Shown: positions 17,635 to 26,881 of the stretch, in pieces
Layout of the letters: each line of letters starts with the position of its first letter
How positions within the stretch are numbered: position 1 is the first letter of the stretch
DNA from: an uncultured archaeon
GTDB taxonomy: Archaea > Nanobdellota > Nanobdellia > Pacearchaeales > GW2011-AR1
Assembly: GCA_903831045.1 (NCBI GenBank)
Contig: CAIKWG010000038.1
Coordinates: forward strand, 1-42,006
Length of the DNA stretch: 42,006 bases
Direction: 5' to 3'
Notes under the pieces: model-generated
Told to the model about the DNA's origin: nothing
Database searches by the model: none
What the model saw: the letters and a program-made list of their open reading frames with translations, nothing else
Made by a program: the position numbers and the translations under genes

Positions 17635-18246
17635 TTAACGAGCAGAATCTGCTTGTGCTTCGCATTCTTTTTTCTTCTTAACAGACATGCTTTCTCCGTT
17701 ATTATCTGCAGCAAGCATGATTTCTTCAGCAAGTGCTTGAGCAAACTTCTTTTTCTTTCCAAAAGATTTATCCGAAGAACCATGAACAAGATGTTTCAAT
17801 GCTTGGTTTACTCTTCTAATTGGAGAAACATCAACAGCCTGGGGGTATCTTGCACCACCATATTCAATAATTGTAACTTCATCTCTTGGTGCTGAATTTT
17901 CTACAGCATCAACCAGAACTTGAACCGGATTTTTCCCAGTTTTCTTCTCAATTACTTCAAATGCTTCAAGAACAATTCCCATATTTCGAGTATATTTTCC
18001 AGTAGATGTTCCAAGTTCAATTCTGTGTTTCTTGTTTCTGTGTCCACCAACTGCAATTTTGTTCATTAATCTTTCAACAATATTAACCTTGACCTGCCCG
18101 AATTTAGAAACATTTCTTCCGCTACTTTTTAAAATTAATTTTGGTTCTAAATTGATTGCTGATTGAAGTCCAAGATCTTTTACTGTAACTTCTGAAATAT
18201 CATACTTATCAAAAATCTTAAATTTTGGAGTTATTGTTTCTGCCAT
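17635..18246 (-). CDS. rps7: 30S ribosomal protein S7 (uS7)
   Basis: IVERLMN, NPVQVLVDAVENSAPRDE, AVDVSP-RR, EAQADSAR. Confidence 0.97.
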   Translation of the reverse strand: MAETITPKFKIFDKYDISEVTVKDLGLQSAINLEPKLILKSSGRNVSKFGQVKVNIVERLMNKIAVGGHRNKKHRIELGTSTGKYTRNMGIVLEAFEVIEKKTGKNPVQVLVDAVENSAPRDEVTIIEYGGARYPQAVDVSPIRRVNQALKHLVHGSSDKSFGKKKKFAQALAEEIMLAADNNGESMSVKKKKECEAQADSAR

Positions 18247-18247
18247 T

Positions 18248-18493
18248 TTATTTTATTAATTTTAATAATCCCCTCTTTAATTCTGAAAGTTTAACATCTG
18301 AGTTTAGTCTGGGAGAACAATGCACAGTTCCTTCCTTAACATTTAATGAAATAAATCCTCTTCCATCTTTTGAAAAATAAACATGATTTCTTGTGTCAGA
18401 TGGTTGTGTTGCAGGATTAAGATCTTCTGCATGATCCAAGTAATACTTTACTTTTTCAATATTTGTAGTTTTATAATCTGTTGATTCTGTCAT
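18248..18493 (-). CDS. hypothetical protein inserted between S12 and S7
   Basis: 81 aa from ATG 18493; TAA-A-ATG junctions on both sides; no promoter space. Confidence 0.7.
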   Translation of the reverse strand: MTESTDYKTTNIEKVKYYLDHAEDLNPATQPSDTRNHVYFSKDGRGFISLNVKEGTVHCSPRLNSDVKLSELKRGLLKLIK

Positions 18494-18494
18494 T

Positions 18495-18917
18495 TTATCT
18501 TCTACCCTTTTCAATCTTACCCAACCATAATCTTTCTAGAGATTGATCATTTACTTTAAGAACTCTATAACGAACACCTGGAATATCTCCTTTTGATCGT
18601 CCCTGTTTTCCACCAATTCTTTCAATCATAACTTCATCATGTTCATCAATAAACTTTTGTGCTAAATTTCCGGGGATAAATACAGAAACCTGTTTTCCAT
18701 TTTTAGTCAATTGTACTTTGCAACATTTTCTCATCGCTGAGTTTGGCTGTTTTGCTTCTTTTTGGAATTTTGAAAGAACAATTCCTTTTGCTTGATTTGC
18801 TCCACCCAGTGGATCAGACTTTGCATAAAGGTCTAAAGCTTTCGCTTTGTAATTCTTATCTTTCCATCGGAATTTCTTCCGATCCTTCATTTTCTTTTTA
18901 GCACTTTTTAATCCCAT
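18495..18917 (-). CDS. rps12: 30S ribosomal protein S12 (uS12)
   Basis: [22 protein letters not shown]. Confidence 0.97.
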   Translation of the reverse strand: MGLKSAKKKMKDRKKFRWKDKNYKAKALDLYAKSDPLGGANQAKGIVLSKFQKEAKQPNSAMRKCCKVQLTKNGKQVSVFIPGNLAQKFIDEHDEVMIERIGGKQGRSKGDIPGVRYRVLKVNDQSLERLWLGKIEKGRR

Positions 18918-18959
18918 TTGATATGAATATTTAATGAAATTGGTTTATAAAGATTCCTA

Positions 18960-19289
18960 TTATTCTTCTAATAAGTTAGGATTTCCCAGGAATTTGCCAT
19001 CAGCATTGGAGCAAATCTTCTTTATTAAGCCAAAATGAAACTTTATTTCTTTTGGATTTGATGAATTCACTCTATAAAGTATTCTTTTATCATTAAAATA
19101 AATTCTTTGATGCATATCTCCAAAATGATTTGACGGATCATAAATATTTTCTAAATTTTCAAGGTCACTTTTAATTTGGCCTTTAAAACATTCTGCCCAA
19201 TCATCAAGGATAAAATTAAGTTGTGTTCTTAATTCATCAGGTGTTCCAAAATATTCAATAGCAAAGTCAGGAGTTGTTGTCTTTATCAT
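18960..19289 (-). CDS. hypothetical protein coupled to nusA
   Basis: 109 aa from ATG 19289, 1 nt after the nusA stop. Confidence 0.65.
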   Translation of the reverse strand: MIKTTTPDFAIEYFGTPDELRTQLNFILDDWAECFKGQIKSDLENLENIYDPSNHFGDMHQRIYFNDKRILYRVNSSNPKEIKFHFGLIKKICSNADGKFLGNPNLLEE

Positions 19290-19290
19290 T

Positions 19291-19707
19291 TTAGATAATT
19301 CTGAAATCAACGTCAAAGAAATCTTTTACAATGCTTTGCATTTCGAGTAATCTTCTTTTATTTCTTCCAAGAAGTGCAGCTTTACTTTGCATTCCTGCAG
19401 TTAAAATTATTTCGTTCTCTTTAATTTCCAAATCCTTAAACTCAACTGGAGCAACAACTGCTTGAATAAATGTTCTAGCATCTTGTATGCTATTTGGTTT
19501 TGCAATAATTCTAACTCTCTTTTTTATAATGTCACTTATTCGTTTAAGATTAGAACCTCTATCTCCAAGAGCCATTGGAATTTCAGATTTCTCGACGCAG
19601 AACATTAAAGTTTCATTATAAGTAAAGCAGAATCTAGTTCTTACGTGAGTAATCTTTTCAAAAAGACTTAAATTTCTCATGTCTTGCATATCGATAGTCT
19701 TTATCAT
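19291..19707 (-). CDS. nusA: archaeal NusA (two KH domains)
   Basis: ALGDRGSNLKRI, KAALLGRNKRRL; position after rpoA; start moved to ATG 19707. Confidence 0.85.
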   Translation of the reverse strand: MIKTIDMQDMRNLSLFEKITHVRTRFCFTYNETLMFCVEKSEIPMALGDRGSNLKRISDIIKKRVRIIAKPNSIQDARTFIQAVVAPVEFKDLEIKENEIILTAGMQSKAALLGRNKRRLLEMQSIVKDFFDVDFRII

Positions 19708-19755
19708 TTTCAAATCTTTTAAATTAGTTCTCTTTATAAAAATTATTATTCAGAA

Positions 19756-22700
19756 CTACTTATTAACCTCTTCTACTATTTGAGAACTTGCAGTTTTCTT
19801 TTCGCTTTCTTTCTTTGTTAATGGTCCAATAACATTTACAAGTAAGCCCGGAAGACCAGTACCCACAGGAACAGGTTGGTTTAAGATTATGTTCTCAATA
19901 ACACTTGAAAGCTTATCGTGTTTGCCCTTTACAATCGCATTTACGAATTGTTTGATTGGAGTTTCGAATGTTGCTCTTGCTAAAATAGAAGCTTTCTGTG
20001 CAATGATTCCCATTCTTGTTACACCCTTAATTTCTCCAGTATTAGTCATAGCGTCGGCAGCAAGTCTTAAATGTCTTTCATTAATATCAAGACCTTGAGA
20101 ATTAATAACTTCTTTAATTTCATTAATAATTAACTGTCTTGCAACTTCAATTCCGTAGGTAGCACAAACTTCGTGTAAATCGTTTGAAATTGTTTTTTCA
20201 GGATCAACTTCTTTCATCTTTGTGATTTCTTTTAAGTTTGTTCCAAGAGTTATAACAACAAAGTCTTTTCCTCTTTTTACAATTAAAATTTGTTCAACAC
20301 CCTTAATACCAGATATAATTGTTGTCTTTAATTTTTCCTTTAATTTGTAAATCTCCTTGAAATTATAAGCATTAGCATCAAGAACAATCAAACCACTTTG
20401 TTCTTTAACTTCGAATCCAAGTTCATTTAATCTACCAACAACTGTTGGAACTGTTGTATGTGTTCTTCTTAATCCTTCTCTATCTATTTTTATTTCAATC
20501 TTTTTTGAACCAAAATCTAAATTAATTTCTGAAGAAATTTCTTTTAATGTAACTTCTTTAATCTTTTCAGCAAATACTTTTGCGTGGTCTTCATCATTGT
20601 AATCTTTATTCAGATAAATTTCCATCTTCGGAGTTGAAGGTTTCTTTCTAGCATCGAAGATTTCAATAATTCTTGGTAAACCAGTAGTTACCTGCATTTC
20701 TTCTACACCTGCCATATGGAAAGTATTCAAAACCATCTGTGTTGAAGCTTCACCAAAAGATTGTGCGGCCACAAGTCCAATGGCTTCACCGGGGCAAATC
20801 TTTCCTCCAATGTGCATGTTTGTAACTTCAATTCCGTCTCCACCATAAATGAATTGGATAATATTATTTCCACTATCTCTAACTGTTCCATCATATTCCA
20901 CTCTAATATCTTGGAATGCATTTGCTAATCTTCTATACAAGTATCCTGATTTTGGAGTTCTCAAAGCAGTATCCATCATTGAATCTCTTCCTGTTATAGA
21001 CTGGAAGAAAAATTCTTCTGGTTTCAACCCTTTAATAAACGCACTTCTAATAAATCCTCTTGCTGCTGGAGATAAATCTCCTTTTTTGAAAAATGATAAT
21101 GTTCTATCTGTGTATCCAAAGTCAATTCTTCCTCCTGCGAAAGCCTGTTGACCAATACAAGAAGCCATCTGAGCAATATTAACAATATTACCTTTACTTC
21201 CGGAATTCATTAATGCACTAGCCTGATTTGATTCTGGGAAATTTTTCTTAATCTTCTGACCAATCAATGTTCTTGCTTCATTCAAAGCTTTCAAGATATA
21301 AGTTTCTCTTGATCTTTCAGCTGTTTTACCTGGAATTAATTCTAATGTGTCTTCTGCTTCTTTCTTTAATATTTCTTCTACTTTGTGATATGAATCTTTA
21401 ACAATCTTATCACATTCTTTAAGTAATTCTTCATCCAAATCAAAATCTTCAATTGATAAAGATAATCCGTAATCTGTTAAGAAGAATCTTCCTAAATCTG
21501 AAACTTTCTTAATTATTTCAAATGCTTCAGTTCTTCCGAATTTTTTATCAATTAATTTGATAACTTCTCCATCTTCACCACCGAATACGTTCTTATCAAT
21601 AATTCCACTCTTAATCACACCATTATCAATATCTATTGTTTCAGTTTTATAATCAATCTTAGGCAGGAATGTTGAAAATATTTCTAATCCTGTAACATTT
21701 TTCTTAACTTCAGCATCAATTCCAGATCTATATAATAATTGGTTTGCTTCTTCTTTTGTGAATTTCTTTAATCCTAATAAATAATTTCCTGTAACTGCAT
21801 CAATTGCACATCCAATAAGGTTTGTATTATTCTTTGGAGACATTAAATTTTCTTTAACATCTAAAAGTATTTTTGCTTCAGCTCTTGCTTCTTCAGTTTG
21901 AGGAGAGTGAATATTCATTTCATCACCATCAAAATCCGCATTATACGGATTACATGCAGATGGATGCATTCGGAAAGTTCTTCCTGGAAGTACCTTAACG
22001 AAATGTGCCATCAAACTTCCTCTATGAAGTGATGGGTGTCTGTTGAATAAAACAATATCTCCGTTTTGTAAATGTCTTTCTACTTGATAACCTACTTTTA
22101 ATTCTGCAATAATTTCTTCTTTTAATTCGTTTGAAATCTTTTTCTTTCTTCCATCTGGTCTGATAACATAATTTGCTCCAGGATATTCTGCTCCCATCTG
22201 GATTAATTTCTTTAATTTATTCATATTGATGTCGTTTACCATTTCAGCAACAGTTACTACTCTTGCAATTTCAAATGGAATTCCAACTTCGTTAATTTTT
22301 AAACTTGGATCTGGACTAATAACAGTTCTACCGGAATAATTAACTCTTTTACCTGCAATATTCTTTCTAATTCTTCCTTCTTTACCCTTAATTCTTTCAG
22401 TAATTGTTTTCAAAGGTTGACCACTTCTATGTCTTGCTGGAGGAACTCTAGCAACTGCATTATCAAAGAAAGTTGTAACATGATATTGTAATAAATCCCA
22501 AAGATCTTCAATAATAACTTCTGGAGCACCAGCGTTTAAGTTTTCCCAAAGTCTTTGATTCGCTCTAATAATATCAGAAAGTTTATGTGTTAAATCATCT
22601 TCTGATCTTTCACCTGTTTCTAAAATAATAGAAGGTCTTACTGTAACTGGAGGCACAAGTAATGAAGTTAAAATTGCCCATTCTGGTCTTGAAGTTCTAG

Positions 22701-23244
22701 CATTAACTCCAATCTTTTTTAATTCTTCATCAGGAATTCTAACCAGATGTTCTCTAATTTCTGTTGGGAAAATTCTTGTTTTACCCTTATAGAAACTTGT
22801 TGGTTTATCCAATTTCATTCTTTCTTGAGGTTCATGACAATGAGGACATTTTTTTGCATCTTTTGCTCTTTTAGCTCTTTCACTAGGAGTATATTTTTCT
22901 AATTCTTTTTCAGTAATCATTAATTTTCCACAATGTTGACAGAAACATCTTAATCCCATTTCAATCAAAGGAACAAACTTCAGATGAATTACTGACTTAG
23001 CCAGGTCAATGCTACCAGGGTGTCCTAGACATTCTTTTACTCTTCCACCACAAGTTCTACATCTAACACCCGGATCAACAGCTCCGAGTCTTAAATCCAT
23101 TAATCCACCATCTACTGGATAACCATCAATATCATAAAGTTCTGGAGTTACAACTTTTGCAACTGAAATTCTTTTGATTTGGTCTGGACTAAGTAAACTG
23201 AATCTAAGTTCTCCGATTTTTTTTCTTATTGGTTTTTTTGCCAT
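19756..23244 (-). CDS. rpoA: RNA polymerase subunit A, fused A'+A'' (Rpo1)
   Basis: NADFDGDEMN catalytic motif; Zn motifs; A''-type PGEAIGLVAAQSFGE and ARATFET...GTG in one ORF. Confidence 0.97.
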   Translation of the reverse strand: MAKKPIRKKIGELRFSLLSPDQIKRISVAKVVTPELYDIDGYPVDGGLMDLRLGAVDPGVRCRTCGGRVKECLGHPGSIDLAKSVIHLKFVPLIEMGLRCFCQHCGKLMITEKELEKYTPSERAKRAKDAKKCPHCHEPQERMKLDKPTSFYKGKTRIFPTEIREHLVRIPDEELKKIGVNARTSRPEWAILTSLLVPPVTVRPSIILETGERSEDDLTHKLSDIIRANQRLWENLNAGAPEVIIEDLWDLLQYHVTTFFDNAVARVPPARHRSGQPLKTITERIKGKEGRIRKNIAGKRVNYSGRTVISPDPSLKINEVGIPFEIARVVTVAEMVNDINMNKLKKLIQMGAEYPGANYVIRPDGRKKKISNELKEEIIAELKVGYQVERHLQNGDIVLFNRHPSLHRGSLMAHFVKVLPGRTFRMHPSACNPYNADFDGDEMNIHSPQTEEARAEAKILLDVKENLMSPKNNTNLIGCAIDAVTGNYLLGLKKFTKEEANQLLYRSGIDAEVKKNVTGLEIFSTFLPKIDYKTETIDIDNGVIKSGIIDKNVFGGEDGEVIKLIDKKFGRTEAFEIIKKVSDLGRFFLTDYGLSLSIEDFDLDEELLKECDKIVKDSYHKVEEILKKEAEDTLELIPGKTAERSRETYILKALNEARTLIGQKIKKNFPESNQASALMNSGSKGNIVNIAQMASCIGQQAFAGGRIDFGYTDRTLSFFKKGDLSPAARGFIRSAFIKGLKPEEFFFQSITGRDSMMDTALRTPKSGYLYRRLANAFQDIRVEYDGTVRDSGNNIIQFIYGGDGIEVTNMHIGGKICPGEAIGLVAAQSFGEASTQMVLNTFHMAGVEEMQVTTGLPRIIEIFDARKKPSTPKMEIYLNKDYNDEDHAKVFAEKIKEVTLKEISSEINLDFGSKKIEIKIDREGLRRTHTTVPTVVGRLNELGFEVKEQSGLIVLDANAYNFKEIYKLKEKLKTTIISGIKGVEQILIVKRGKDFVVITLGTNLKEITKMKEVDPEKTISNDLHEVCATYGIEVARQLIINEIKEVINSQGLDINERHLRLAADAMTNTGEIKGVTRMGIIAQKASILARATFETPIKQFVNAIVKGKHDKLSSVIENIILNQPVPVGTGLPGLLVNVIGPLTKKESEKKTASSQIVEEVNK

Positions 23245-23245
23245 T

Positions 23246-26200
23246 TTATTCGTATTTATTCTTTAAAGTAAATTGAGTATTCATATGTAAGCCTTGCAAT
23301 TCCTCAATTAATAATTTAAATGCATATGAAACTTCAACAGGTTCTGTTTCTTCTGAATTACACATTGGACAGATAATCTTATTTCTAATTGTATCTTCAA
23401 GTGCGATTGTTCCACATTTTGAACAAATGTATAATGTTACTTTATCTGAATCATATCTTTCTTTTAATAATAATGAAGCTCCGTGAGCAACAAGTGCTTG
23501 CTGTTCCATTTCTCCAAGTCTTAATGCTCCTCCTCTTGCTCTTCCTTCGATTGGTTGTCTTGTTAATAATGCAACTTTACCTGAAGCTCTTCCGTGCATT
23601 CTATTTCCTACCATATATTTCAACTTTAGATAATATAAACTTCCAACGAAAATCTTTGCAGGAATCTTTTTACCAGTGATTGCGTTGTACATTGTTTCTT
23701 TTCCATCAAATCTAAATCCATATTCTTCTAATTGATCTTCAAGACTATCTTTACTTTCATTATTGAATGGAGTTCCATCAACAACGCTTCCTCTAATTGC
23801 GGCAGCTTTTCCACCAATCAATTCTAATAAATATCCTACAGTCATACGACTAAGTAACCCGTGTGGATTGAAAATTACATCTGGTTTCATACCAGAAATA
23901 GAAAATGGAACATCCTGTTCTGGAATAATTGCTCCAACAACTCCTTTCTGTCCGTGTGGATTTGCATATTTATCCCCTAGTTCTGGGATTCTTTGATCTC
24001 TTGTTTTAACCTGAACAATTTTATTTCCTTCATCATCAATTGTAACAAAAACAGCCTCGGCAATTCCCTTTTCTTCTTGTCTCAGTGTAACACTTGATTC
24101 TTTCTTTGTTCTAACTGAAATTTCTCTTGCTTCGGATAAGAATTTAGGTGGAGAAAGTTTACCAATTACAACATCTCCTTCATTAATATCAGCTTCTGGA
24201 TAAATAATTCCATCATCTTCTAATAGTCTATAGGCTTCTTCTGTTCTATATCCTGAAGTATCTTTTTCTGGAACAACAATTTCATCTTTTAATCCCCCAG
24301 CATAGTTCATTTCAACTGCAGAATATGGTCTGAAATAGAAACTTCTTCCAACACCTCTATCTAAACTTCCTTTATTCAATACAATAGCATCTTCCATATT
24401 ATAACCTTCATAGGTCATAATTGCAACAGTCAGATTTTGACCAGCAGGATAGGTATTAAGAGTATCATAAACAAAACTTCTTACTAATGGTTTTTGAGGA
24501 TATTGTAAAATAGAAACATCTGTATCTAATCTACATAAATAATCTGCAGCATAAAGTCCCAATGACTGTTTCTGTGTTTTTCCTCCCTTAAGAAGTCTTG
24601 AACTTGGATCGTGATTTGCGTATGAAACAATTGCAATTGAAAGTCCTAGAGAACCAATTGGGTCAATTTCTAAATGAGTATGTTCAGCATCTATTTCTTC
24701 TTCTTTTAGTGCAATATAAGCTTCTTCTTCTTCCGCAGCGTCTAAATATTCAACAATTCCTTTGTTTACAAGGTCAATCCACTTTAAACTTCCTTGTTCT
24801 AATTGTACCATGTGTTCATTTTTTAACTTTGAAGAACCATTGTCTACAACAATAAGAGGTCTTAGTGTTCTACCGGGTTCAGTATAAATAGAAACTGTAC
24901 TTAATCCATCATCTTTTCTTACGTTCATTTGAACTGGGAATTGTCCAGCTCTTCTTTTTTCTCTTATATTTTTTACAAATTTACTAGCATCCTTAACATT
25001 TCCAACATATCCTCCGTTGAAGAAAACTTCCATTCCTTCTGTTCCTTCCTTTTCCAGTCCAATTGATTCTAATTCTTTAATGAATTTATCCAAATCTAAT
25101 TCAACTCTTGTAGAAACTTTAGCTAATACAGCAAGGTTTTTTCTCAGACCAATTTCAGTTCCTTCTGGAGTTTCAATAGGACAGAATCTTCCATAATGAG
25201 TTGGATGTAATGTTCTTGCAGCAAAATTTTCTTGTTCACTTTCAAGCATACTAGAAACTCTTTGTAATTGAGAAATCATTGCTAGATAGTTTGTCTTATC
25301 CATATTCTGAGTAACTCCGCTTCTTTCTCCGGTCCAAGAACCAGTAGCAATAGCAGATTCAACTCTGTGTGAGAATAATGTTGATTTAGCTAAAATTTTG
25401 ATAGATAAATATTTTTTTCTCTTTGAAGATTTTTGTAATGAATATTGAATATCTCTAATTAAAATTCCTAGGTTTACTCTGAATAGAGTAGCAAGCAAAT
25501 CTCCAGAAAGTCTAACTCTCTTATTTGCATAATGATCTTTATCTGTTCTTAAATCTGGATTTTCTTTTGCAGTTAAATACTGCTTAATTAGTTTGCATAA
25601 TGTTATTGCTTTTTTTGTTCTATCTTCTTTAGCTTGACCAATGTGAGGAAATAAATATGAATCAATTCTTTGTTTTACTCTATCCATAATTTCTTTTTTT
25701 GTTCCTTGAAGATTTGTTTTTTCAGCAATATACATCATTGCATCTTCTTTTGTTGCTAAATCTACAAATTCATATAGGTTTACAATAACACTGTCTGTTT
25801 CTTTACCAATATATTTAGCAATATCCGATTCTTTAACAAGACCAAGTGCTTTTAGTATTACCACAGCTGGAACATCTTTGAATCTACTAAATGAAACATT
25901 GAAAATTCCTTCTTTGCTTTCACTGATAGTCATTGGAATTCTATAGGTTCCCTTAAGTGAGAATAATTTTAAAGTCAATTCTTTCTTTTTATTTTCTTCA
26001 ATGAATGGTTGGTTTTCTGCAAGGTCTTCAGCCATTACCATAACTCTTTCATTTCCTTTAACAATGAAGTATCCACCTGTATCCAATGGATCATTATATC
26101 TTTGAACAAGTTGTTCTTTTGTTAATCCAGCAGTGTTACAAGCTTTACTCTTAACCATAACTGGAATTCTTCCAATTTCAACAACTTCAGAATCTACATT

Positions 26201-26503
26201 TCCATCTTTCTTAATTGTTAATTCTAATTTAACTGGAGCTGAATAGGTTAAATTTCTTAATCTAGCTTCATATGGTGTAATTAATGCAGAACTTCCATCT
26301 GCTTCAGTAATGTCTGGTCTACCAACTTCAATTTTTCCTAATTTTATTTCAAATTCCTCATTTTCAATTGTTCCGTTGATTTCATCAACAATTTCTTGCA
26401 TTCTATGCTCGATAAACTCATTAAAAGAAATAATATTTGATTCAACAATAGAATGATCTTCTAGATATCTTTTTACAATAAGGTGTTTGTTTGATTGAAT
26501 CAT
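23246..26503 (-). CDS. rpoB: RNA polymerase subunit B, unsplit (Rpo2)
   Basis: GGYFIVKG, CPIETPEG, GYNMEDA, HGQKG, LRLGEME, C-terminal Zn finger; start moved to ATG 26503. Confidence 0.97.
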   Translation of the reverse strand: MIQSNKHLIVKRYLEDHSIVESNIISFNEFIEHRMQEIVDEINGTIENEEFEIKLGKIEVGRPDITEADGSSALITPYEARLRNLTYSAPVKLELTIKKDGNVDSEVVEIGRIPVMVKSKACNTAGLTKEQLVQRYNDPLDTGGYFIVKGNERVMVMAEDLAENQPFIEENKKKELTLKLFSLKGTYRIPMTISESKEGIFNVSFSRFKDVPAVVILKALGLVKESDIAKYIGKETDSVIVNLYEFVDLATKEDAMMYIAEKTNLQGTKKEIMDRVKQRIDSYLFPHIGQAKEDRTKKAITLCKLIKQYLTAKENPDLRTDKDHYANKRVRLSGDLLATLFRVNLGILIRDIQYSLQKSSKRKKYLSIKILAKSTLFSHRVESAIATGSWTGERSGVTQNMDKTNYLAMISQLQRVSSMLESEQENFAARTLHPTHYGRFCPIETPEGTEIGLRKNLAVLAKVSTRVELDLDKFIKELESIGLEKEGTEGMEVFFNGGYVGNVKDASKFVKNIREKRRAGQFPVQMNVRKDDGLSTVSIYTEPGRTLRPLIVVDNGSSKLKNEHMVQLEQGSLKWIDLVNKGIVEYLDAAEEEEAYIALKEEEIDAEHTHLEIDPIGSLGLSIAIVSYANHDPSSRLLKGGKTQKQSLGLYAADYLCRLDTDVSILQYPQKPLVRSFVYDTLNTYPAGQNLTVAIMTYEGYNMEDAIVLNKGSLDRGVGRSFYFRPYSAVEMNYAGGLKDEIVVPEKDTSGYRTEEAYRLLEDDGIIYPEADINEGDVVIGKLSPPKFLSEAREISVRTKKESSVTLRQEEKGIAEAVFVTIDDEGNKIVQVKTRDQRIPELGDKYANPHGQKGVVGAIIPEQDVPFSISGMKPDVIFNPHGLLSRMTVGYLLELIGGKAAAIRGSVVDGTPFNNESKDSLEDQLEEYGFRFDGKETMYNAITGKKIPAKIFVGSLYYLKLKYMVGNRMHGRASGKVALLTRQPIEGRARGGALRLGEMEQQALVAHGASLLLKERYDSDKVTLYICSKCGTIALEDTIRNKIICPMCNSEETEPVEVSYAFKLLIEELQGLHMNTQFTLKNKYE

Positions 26504-26504
26504 T

Positions 26505-26711
26505 TTAGACAACAACCCTGTAATATAAATTTATTTTTTCATCTTCTTTTCTTTCGATTTTTATAACTTCACCAATGTTTGCACCTTCAGGAATTGCAAG
26601 ATCAGTTAAAAGCATCTTCGGTAATTGTGATTTAGATAGGTTTAAAGAATTAAGAATTTTTTTTGTTTCTTCTTCACTTAACTTTGTTTGTTTTGGTTGT
26701 AGAACGTGCAT
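26505..26711 (-). CDS. rpoH: RNA polymerase subunit H (Rpo5)
   Basis: HVLQPK, QLPKM, GEVIKIER, YYRVV. Confidence 0.93.
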   Translation of the reverse strand: MHVLQPKQTKLSEEETKKILNSLNLSKSQLPKMLLTDLAIPEGANIGEVIKIERKEDEKINLYYRVVV

Positions 26712-26727
26712 TTTTGGGTTTATCGTC

Positions 26728-26820
26728 GGAATTTAATTCCAGAGTCATATATTTGCTAACATTATGTTAGTGACTCTATAATAATAAATGAAAGTGATTT
26801 TTTTGGTTTTTAAATGTTTC
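26728..26820 (-). promoter_or_regulatory. rpoH operon promoter and structured leader
   Basis: GAAACATTTAAAAACC BRE-TATA at 26805-26820; nested inverted repeats 26741-26777 and palindrome 26728-26740. Confidence 0.6.
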
Positions 26821-26881
26821 TATTTAATAAAAAAACTGTGAAAATCTAGGTTTTAACCCTAGTTTTAATCAATTTCAACTT

